NCBI GenBank assembly: GCA_032718475.1
Contig: JAUCBJ010006027.1
Location: 1 to 53,551 of the forward strand
Length of the DNA stretch: 53,551 nt
Reading direction: 5' to 3'
From: Nemertoderma westbladi
Taxonomy: Eukaryota > Animalia > Xenacoelomorpha
This document shows positions 12,551 to 20,049 of this stretch, in pieces; positions within the stretch are counted from its first letter, which is position 1; every line of letters starts with the position of its first letter. The notes under the pieces were generated by a model. That model saw only the letters and a program-made list of their open reading frames with translations, ran no database searches and was not told the origin of the DNA. Both the position numbers and the translations under genes were made by a program.

Positions 12551-12617
12551 ATAAGTGGCCTCTTTTCAAGTGGCCTCTCAAGGTGACCTGGTAGGCCGTA
12601 GTATATAGTAGGCCATG
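12551..12617 (-). repeat. Right 67-bp terminal inverted repeat
   Basis: Reverse complement of 10650-10716 with one mismatch at 12571. Confidence 0.95.
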
Positions 12618-12956
12618 GTCATCGCCATGCATGGAAGTCTTTAGTAGGCCTAATTTTCTTGTCTGTTTTTGGTACGTAGGCCTAATCAGCTAATATTATT
12701 GTCATAAATAGTTAGTAGTTCGAATGATCAGATGACTGGATGATGCCAAACTAGAAGCTAATATAACTGCTGAACTGTATAAGGCAAGGCATAGGCCTAT
12801 GCAGCTATGTGACAATGTGCTGAACACTGAAATCACACTGAAATCTAGGCCTACTGCAGTACCCTACTGGCTATGGCTACTGTAATTAGTAGGCCTAGGC
12901 CTACGTTTTTTATCTGCTAACAGCAGTTAGCTGGTTAGGCTACTAGGTACCCAACT

Positions 12957-15900
12957 ATGGTGAAGAAAACGAAGGAACCTGGATTGACGCGAAAAACTCC
13001 GTTGAAGAAACAAACAGCGGCGATAAAGACGGATTCTGGACAAAAAAAGATCTCGAGTTATTTTCAGATAAGGCCACCTACGCAACCCCAGTTAGTCCCC
13101 TCACCGAAATCAAACACCACAAGGGGTGATGTCATCCTTGTGGATCTCACGGGTGGGATAGAAAACCCTGAACCTTCTTATCACCCCGAGAAACCCCAAC
13201 CCGAATCTAAATCATATTTATCTTCTATTGGAAGCGATGAAACTCATGTAGAATCTTCCATTATTCTCACTCCAGAAACCCCCAGTTTTATACAAACTGA
13301 ATCTCCAAGACTTTACGTCGCTTCTATCCCTGCGGCTCCTTTACGACACTCAACAGATTCGCCGGATCTCTTTTCTCCCCTTCGTACGACTCCCTCGCAT
13401 CTCAGTGAATCTGAATCCAACAACCGATATAAAAAAATATCTATCAGTAATAATTCGTTTAATTTTTCGCCCGATATTTTATGCGAATTACCGACGCAAC
13501 TTTACCCGACTAATGAACCTTCCTGTATCGCAGAAACGTCGATGGAACGCAAATCAAACAGTCGATTTCAAAAAAGACGTTTAAAAAAATTACCGCCGCC
13601 GCATTTGAAGCTGAGCGAACCGCTTTCGCCGCAAGTTGCGGGAGCCCTAAGGGAGATGTCGGGATCACCTTCCCCTGCCTATAAACGCCCGAGGGCGGAG
13701 CAATTAGGTAGTGGTGACGTCATCAGTTCTATGAATAAACCTACAAACATTGGCGCCAAACCGTCTCGTAAACTGTTCGTTGACGATAATTTGTGTTCAG
13801 ACGTCTCCGATGTAGGCCTACCGGTTCCATTGGTTGTTAATGATAATCTGGGTGCTGCAAAATATAAATTTGCGAGCAGTGATGTATGTGGAGGATTTGT
13901 TTTTCGAGAAAATATTCAACAACAAGACAGCCCCTCGGGAAACCTGTTGGAACAAGGGGAAACCTCGACATCTAATGAGGTACCTGTAATGGATTTGCCA
14001 ATGTTTGATGCAACAACACCCGTAAAATCGGCAACAGAATTATTATGCAGCGGGGAAAACGGTAGCAAATTACTGGGAGTTGATGATGAGTTTCTAGCGA
14101 CTCAGTTCAACTTAATGTTGTCTCCATTCGATGAAGAAAAGCGATGTATTGCAGCGGATGCTTCGCATTCGAATAATCTGAGCCCCAGTTGGGTTCACAG
14201 CACTGAGCCGGTTCAATGCTACGTCGTGCTCAGCCGTGAGCCGCTTGCAGATGGACAAATGAGATTGTGTCTCAGAGAGAAACGACCTTTCCGTTTAGTT
14301 GATGATTGCGAGGGAAGTCGCTGTGATGGGGATCAGGTTGTTTGTTATTTGAGCGGAACTTGGTCTCAAACACAAATCGATATCGGCCAAACCCTCAACA
14401 TAGTCGGTCGCTGTGATATTGCGTCGGATGGGTCTTTAATTCTATCCAATGAGACGGCGGCGTTTGCAGTGGTCTGTCCGAATACGCTGATCTCCGGTAC
14501 GACTGTGGTTAACGGGATCCGTTGTCCCAGACGGGCGGTTCTATCCGAGACCTACAAGGGCGGCTCCGGCAGTAAGGCCATGCTATGCGGCTCTATAATC
14601 CACGAAATATTCTCCACGGCAGTCGCAGATCGCGTGACGGATATGGAGAAGTTGCGGAAGTTAGTGCGAACGATATCGAAAGAAACCAGCAATCTACATC
14701 AGATGTATGCGCTAGATTTAAAACTCAAACAAATATTCGATGAGATTGAGTGTTATTTGGAACCTCTTATACAGTTCGTGAAAAAACATATTCCGGGGTT
14801 AAACAAAAACTCTAAAAACCATCTTGTGTTTCCATCTAGAGATGACAACCCTAACATTGTCATAAACAAAGTTTCAGATATCGAGGAGAACTTTTGGTCT
14901 CCGAATTTTGGACTGAAAGGTAAAGTGGACATGTCAGTTAAAGTTCCTATTAAAGATGCAGTTAGTGGTGATATTAGCGAAGTTTTACTTCCATTGGAAC
15001 TGAAATCTGGTCGGGAATCCAACTCGGTGGAGCATCGTGGACAGACGATACTGTACTGCTCGATGTTCGGGGACCGAGTTACCGCCCCTCCACTCGGTCT
15101 ACTTGTCTACTTAAAGACCGGTAGAGTCTATGTGGTACCCGCTAATCATATGGACAAGCGGGAGTTGCAGGTGGTTAGGAACGCACTAGCCTACGCTCTA
15201 ACGAGCCCAGTCTACCGAGAACTCGATGGGACTTACGTTTACAACCGGGTATGTCCCCCGCCGATTAATGACCAGTTTGCCTGTCAGCGCTGTGACCAGC
15301 TGGATACCTGCGCTCTGCTAGCTAAATCGGTGGAAAGTGATAGAGTATCCGAGACAACACGGCTTCTAGACCCAATGTACGAGACCGCTGTCTCCCACCT
15401 TACTGTAGATGACTTTGAATACTTTTCCCATTGGCATTTACTCTCTACTTTGGAAGCTGAAGTGAATAAGAAACGTGGTTTTCGCTCCCGCAGCTGGTTG
15501 ATTTCTGCTGCGGCTGCGGAGAAATTAGGATCTTGCGTTTCTGATATGGAATTAGTTGATTGTCGTGTTGAGGGTGGAGGTTTCTCTTGTAAATTTAAAT
15601 CGATTAATCAAAAAGACTTAACCAAAGTTTCCTTGATTGTTGAAGGTGATCGACTTGGTGTTAGTTCGCAAGACGGCCGATATATCGCACTTTACACTGG
15701 GATGGTGCTGCAAATACTTCCGGAGTTCATTGTCCTGTTGTGTGAGAAGAACTTAGAAAGCCTCCCACTGCGGGGGCCCTTCCGCTTGGACAAAGACGAT
15801 TTCGGTTCGTCTATGACGAGCCACTTAACCAACTTATCCAACTTTATGTTGAATTCGCCTCGAAATAATTCATTACGGCAATTAATTGTGGGAAAACGAA

Positions 15901-17222
15901 TTCCGCAATTTTACAAAAATGCTACAAGTCGATTACCGAATGAAGCAAAAGAAATTGTAAAGAACGTTCTAGAAAATTTAAATGGCCCTCAAAGAATGGC
16001 TATAAAGAAATGCCTGACAGCGCGGGACTATTCGCTGATTGTCGGGATGCCCGGTACGGGGAAATCGTCTCTCATTGTCGCTATTATCAGAGTGTTTATC
16101 GCTTGTAATTTATCAATACTTGTTACAAGTTACACAAACAGTGCGGTCGATAACATCTTACTCAAACTTATCGAGGTTAACTTCACTAGATTTATCCGAA
16201 TCGGTCGGCCAGGCAGCACCAACCCCCTCATCCATCCCTACCTTGCTTCGAATCTCACTGAGTCCGCAGAAACTCCGGAACAACTCCGAGAGACGTACGA
16301 ACTGGCGCCAGTGGTCGCCAGCACGTGTTTGGGTGTAAAGCATTCCGTATTCACAAAAAGGACTTTCGATGTCTGCATAGTTGATGAAGCCTCTCAAATC
16401 AGCCAATTGCTATGTTTAGGTCCCATGTTGCTATGCGACAGGTTTATACTAGTTGGTGACCCGGAACAGCTGCCGCCACTGGTGCAAAGTTCGGAGGCGC
16501 GTCGACTGGGTGCGGACGAGAGTTTGTTCCAGAGACTCGCGGGTTTCCATAGCGACGCCGTAGCAACGTTGAAGCTGCAATACCGAATGAACGCGGACAT
16601 TATGAGTTTGAGTAACCATTTAGTCTACGACGGTCAGCTGGAATGCGGGAATCCCACCATATCGAACCGAAAGTTAAACATATCGCCGCAACCTGACTCA
16701 ATTCGGGAATTATGGTTCGCAAAGGTTCTCGATTCGCAACAAACTATCGTATTTCTTGACACGCAAAAGGTTGACGCTTTGGAAGAGGTTGGTTGCCATG
16801 GGCAACTGTCTAACCCCACGGAAGCAGCTGTTGTCAAGACGATTTGCGAACAACTTATAAATTCGGGATGCGGCGCTAAAGATATCGGAATTATTGCCCC
16901 TTATCGACATCAGGTCACCGTAATCTCTCAGCTGTTCCTACAACATAGAATCCTTCAGGATGTCGAGATTGCCACTGTCGACAGGTACCAAGGTCGTGAC
17001 AAGGACGTCATTATTATATCATTTGTCCGTAGCTCCCTTGACTCGGAGCAGATTGGCGAGCTATTAAAAGATACGAGACGTTTAAATGTTGCGCTGACAA
17101 GAGCGAAATGTAAGCTGATAATGGTTGGGAACACATTGAATCTTTGTAACGCCCCTCCAGTGGCTAAACTAATAACATTTATTCGCGAGCGCGGATGGAT
17201 CACTGATATTACTCATTTGTGA
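12957..17222 (+). CDS. DNA2: DNA replication ATP-dependent helicase/nuclease DNA2, single coding exon, 1,421 aa
   Basis: Fe-S cysteines (RCPRRAVLSE ... CQRCDQLDTC); PD-(D/E)xK nuclease motifs (GSIIHEIF, DIEENFWSPNFGLKGKVD, LELKSG, HRGQTILY); SF1 helicase motifs (GMPGTGKS, TSYTNSAVDN, VDEASQ, GDPEQLPP, QYRMN, TVDRYQGRDKD, RRLNVALTRAK). Confidence 0.97.
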   Translation: MVKKTKEPGLTRKTPLKKQTAAIKTDSGQKKISSYFQIRPPTQPQLVPSPKSNTTRGDVILVDLTGGIENPEPSYHPEKPQPESKSYLSSIGSDETHVESSIILTPETPSFIQTESPRLYVASIPAAPLRHSTDSPDLFSPLRTTPSHLSESESNNRYKKISISNNSFNFSPDILCELPTQLYPTNEPSCIAETSMERKSNSRFQKRRLKKLPPPHLKLSEPLSPQVAGALREMSGSPSPAYKRPRAEQLGSGDVISSMNKPTNIGAKPSRKLFVDDNLCSDVSDVGLPVPLVVNDNLGAAKYKFASSDVCGGFVFRENIQQQDSPSGNLLEQGETSTSNEVPVMDLPMFDATTPVKSATELLCSGENGSKLLGVDDEFLATQFNLMLSPFDEEKRCIAADASHSNNLSPSWVHSTEPVQCYVVLSREPLADGQMRLCLREKRPFRLVDDCEGSRCDGDQVVCYLSGTWSQTQIDIGQTLNIVGRCDIASDGSLILSNETAAFAVVCPNTLISGTTVVNGIRCPRRAVLSETYKGGSGSKAMLCGSIIHEIFSTAVADRVTDMEKLRKLVRTISKETSNLHQMYALDLKLKQIFDEIECYLEPLIQFVKKHIPGLNKNSKNHLVFPSRDDNPNIVINKVSDIEENFWSPNFGLKGKVDMSVKVPIKDAVSGDISEVLLPLELKSGRESNSVEHRGQTILYCSMFGDRVTAPPLGLLVYLKTGRVYVVPANHMDKRELQVVRNALAYALTSPVYRELDGTYVYNRVCPPPINDQFACQRCDQLDTCALLAKSVESDRVSETTRLLDPMYETAVSHLTVDDFEYFSHWHLLSTLEAEVNKKRGFRSRSWLISAAAAEKLGSCVSDMELVDCRVEGGGFSCKFKSINQKDLTKVSLIVEGDRLGVSSQDGRYIALYTGMVLQILPEFIVLLCEKNLESLPLRGPFRLDKDDFGSSMTSHLTNLSNFMLNSPRNNSLRQLIVGKRIPQFYKNATSRLPNEAKEIVKNVLENLNGPQRMAIKKCLTARDYSLIVGMPGTGKSSLIVAIIRVFIACNLSILVTSYTNSAVDNILLKLIEVNFTRFIRIGRPGSTNPLIHPYLASNLTESAETPEQLRETYELAPVVASTCLGVKHSVFTKRTFDVCIVDEASQISQLLCLGPMLLCDRFILVGDPEQLPPLVQSSEARRLGADESLFQRLAGFHSDAVATLKLQYRMNADIMSLSNHLVYDGQLECGNPTISNRKLNISPQPDSIRELWFAKVLDSQQTIVFLDTQKVDALEEVGCHGQLSNPTEAAVVKTICEQLINSGCGAKDIGIIAPYRHQVTVISQLFLQHRILQDVEIATVDRYQGRDKDVIIISFVRSSLDSEQIGELLKDTRRLNVALTRAKCKLIMVGNTLNLCNAPPVAKLITFIRERGWITDITHL

Positions 17223-17619
17223 TACACGTTATAAATTATTGCAGAATATTGCCCACAAGATGCTACAATATTGCCTTTGAAATTGCCCAGAATATTCCCT
17301 ACAAGCTACAACCACCTGGATATTACACATGATTTTGTCTACAAGCTACAATCACCTTTATATTGCCCAGAATATTTCCTAGAAGAAGTTAAAGTTACAA
17401 TTGTCGGGGTATTGGGATTTATTTACTTTAATTGTTGTGACAATTTAAATTGATCTTCCGTAATTTTCGTTCGATTTTTCTATGTATTTAACTCTATGCA
17501 ATTATAAGTGCAGTGTTCATTATGATTGTATAGGCTGTATAATTATGACGTTCAATATTTATTTTTATATTTTTAATCAATTATTATAATGTGCAATAAT
17601 AATCCTGTGTACTTTCGAT

Positions 17620-17815
17620 TCAATCAAAATTCATCCATCTCCAGGGTAAAATCGACGCAAATATCGGCTGATTACTGCAAAAAATAAAACTGTAACCTGT
17701 TCTATTGAGTTTCGTTTATTGTTTTGGTTAGATTAACGTGCCTCTGTTGCTCTGTAACCTGTACCTTTCCCATTTAACATTAAGACGAAATATTATTAGC
17801 CGAGATGGGAATCCC
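17620..17815 (+). repeat. Dispersed short repeat family, copy 1
   Basis: Blocks tcaaaat..ctcc.ggg.aaatcgac..ctgattact..aacctgttctattga..tttattgttttggttaga recur near 33480 and 50860 and, inverted, near 32590. Confidence 0.7.
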
Positions 17816-17949
17816 CCCCCCCCCTGTCTCGAACCTGAAGTCGTAGTTACCACGACAACCGGAGTTGAGGTGTTCCTAATGGTACTACTTTTCTCTGCTT
17901 ACTGTGAAGGCTTACGCAATTCAAGCACCACTACTATCGCCCATGACAG

Positions 17950-18160
17950 TTTTGCTAGATCAACCACATCTTCAAGGCCAGTGTCGCAGTGTCCTTTGAG
18001 ATGCGTCTCCGTCATGGGCGGTCCACCATGCTTATTCACTCCATGACGACGCCAAAGCACAAGATTAGGCACTATGGCTGGTCCGGTCTTCACGGCGAAA
18101 GGAATGTCCTGCAAAGTGGAGGCGGCTCCTTTGGTTGAGACACCTCCAATGTTATATTGA
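17950..18160 (-). mobile_element. RTE-like LINE 3'-region fragment
   Basis: Reverse complement aligns to 19838-20045 (YNIGGVS..NLVLW..HGVNKHGG.PMT). Confidence 0.8.
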
Positions 18161-18231
18161 AGCTCCAGATTCATAACCTATGCCCTTCCATTCGAAATAT
18201 TAATTTGGAAGTTACTGATGCATTTTCATGG

Positions 18232-18332
18232 AGGTATAGCATTGTAGGTGTATCATTGGTTCCCCCAAGTTTCATACTTGAACTTGGACTCCCCCACTTA
18301 GCAGGACGTTGCATTCGAAGAGAGGACCAACC
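18232..18332 (+). mobile_element. RTE-like LINE fragment, more diverged
   Basis: GVSLVPPS..LE....AG.C.RREDQP matches 19850-19937. Confidence 0.7.
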
Positions 18333-19059
18333 GTACGCTCTTATGCTTTCACTGTTGTTTATTATTATCCAAACATTATGGAACATTAACGGTCTGACAG
18401 CGTGACGACATTAATACACAAACATTAATGGTACATAAAGTAAACCCAGTTGACGGTAAATTAAAACGTAGGGGAGAGCAGGGAGGTGCAATTTAAAGGA
18501 GAACGCTTGGGTTTGGTGTTTCCATGGACACACCATTAGATAGACAATTAAAAACTGCACCTACTGTTGTATTTAGTCCAACTCTAGCCCACATGCTGCT
18601 TTGATACGAAGGAAAGTATGCTTTTCCCACTTGTTTTCTAGAACTGATACCTCTGTTTTGGATCGCTCACATTTAATTATGAAGATAGATGATAATTGAT
18701 GGAGATAGAAAGTTTATTTGACAAAAGTGAAATGTCATTGGCAGACAAACACACAGACAAACAAACATACAGAGAGGCTAATTTTCATTGACATAATTTC
18801 ATTTGATGACATTGCTTCTATGAGTGGTTCAACCCTCCGAACCCCCCTGTTTCAAACCTCCTATATATGGGGTAGGAGGCGTGAACCAGTAAACTAGGCT
18901 CGGGGAAACGCTTATATCTCATATAATACATGATTGTAGCACCTTAATATGTATTCCAATGGATGCGGAATAGATTGTTTTATTTATTTGTGCAATTTCA
19001 GCTTGAAGCTACGATGTGGAACAGAATAAATCAATTTTTTATAAATGTTGGTTTACCTC

Positions 19060-20049
19060 CTATTTATATGGGATTCCTGATGAAATTATTGCAGCAATCA
19101 GATCAGTATACGATGGTTCAACAACATTTGTGACTACTGTTGACGGTGACACAGAACCATTTGAAGTGTTATGGGGACCCCTCCAGGGAGACACTTGCAC
19201 CATTATTGTTCATAATTGTGGTTGACTATGTTCTACGTATGTCCTTAGATCATCATAATGATGATGGGGTGATGATAATTCCACCTACTGGCTCCAGAAG
19301 TCGAGGAAATCCTGCCAAGTACCTAACTGATCTAGACTTTGCTGATGACTTAGGAGTACTCTCAGAATCACTAGAGGGACTCCAAAGGCTCCTCAGCTCA
19401 TTAGAACATGCTGCTTCTAGTGTTGGTCTTTTTATTAACTCCAGAAAGACCAAAATTGTGACAGTTAACTTTGAAAGTCCTCAGCAAGTCTCTGATCGGA
19501 TGAGCATAAGCTCAAAGGATGGTATGCTTGAGCATGTGGACGACTTCTGTTACCTGGGATCATGGATCCGGAAGTCAGTCAGGTGAGGACCTTCGAATAC
19601 GTAAGGGAAAGGCATGGGCAGCCTTGAATAGGCTTTCCAGGATTTGGAAGTCTCCGAAAATTAATCGGAAACTTAAGGTCCGTTTATTTAGAGCAGCAGT
19701 AGTTCCAGTACTCCTCTATGGGAGTCCATGTTGGGCTCTAACTGCTGAGGACACCAAATCTCTGGATGGCACATTCACAAGAATGCTACGCCGGGTTCAT
19801 TGTGTCAAGTACAATGCACACATCTCCAACCAGACACTATATAACATTGGAGGTGTCTCATTGGTTCCCCCAAGCTTGACACTAGAACAAAATCGCCTCC
19901 GCTTTGCAGGACATTGCTTTCGCCGTGAGGACCAGCCAGTGCATAATCTTGTACTTTGGCAGCCTCATGGAGTGAATAAGCATGGTGGACAGCCCATGAC
20001 TTTCTTGAGACGCATCTTAAAGGACACTGGCCTTGAAGTGGTTGGCTAG
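19060..20049 (+). mobile_element. 5'-truncated, frameshifted non-LTR retrotransposon (RTE-like) RT and C-terminal region
   Basis: YGIPDEIIAAIRSVY..LQGDT/LAPLLFIIVVDYVLR..TDLDFADDL..GLFINSRKTK..DDFCYLGSWI..KVRLFRAAVVPVLLYGS..LDGTFTRMLR spread over three frames. The clade call rests on motif style only. Confidence 0.85.

Larger units (their letters stand above)
10650..12617 (-). mobile_element. P-element-superfamily (THAP) DNA transposon, non-autonomous internal-deletion derivative, 1,968 bp
   Basis: TIRs at 10650-10716 and 12551-12617 match at 66/67 and begin CATG. Perfect 8-bp TSD GTCATCGC at 10642-10649 and 12618-12625. Internal ORF has a THAP domain. An 8-bp TSD, CA termini and THAP are P-superfamily hallmarks. 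Confidence 0.93.

Noticed and set aside
14500-15320. Cas4/AddB-like Fe-S nuclease as a sign of a defence system
   Set aside because: This is the normal DNA2 nuclease domain, fused to the expected SF1 helicase.
17243-17380. Short imperfect repeats after the DNA2 stop (ttgcccagaatatt, tacaagctacaa) as a possible retrogene TSD
   Set aside because: They are local duplications with no matching copy upstream of the gene and no poly(A) tract.
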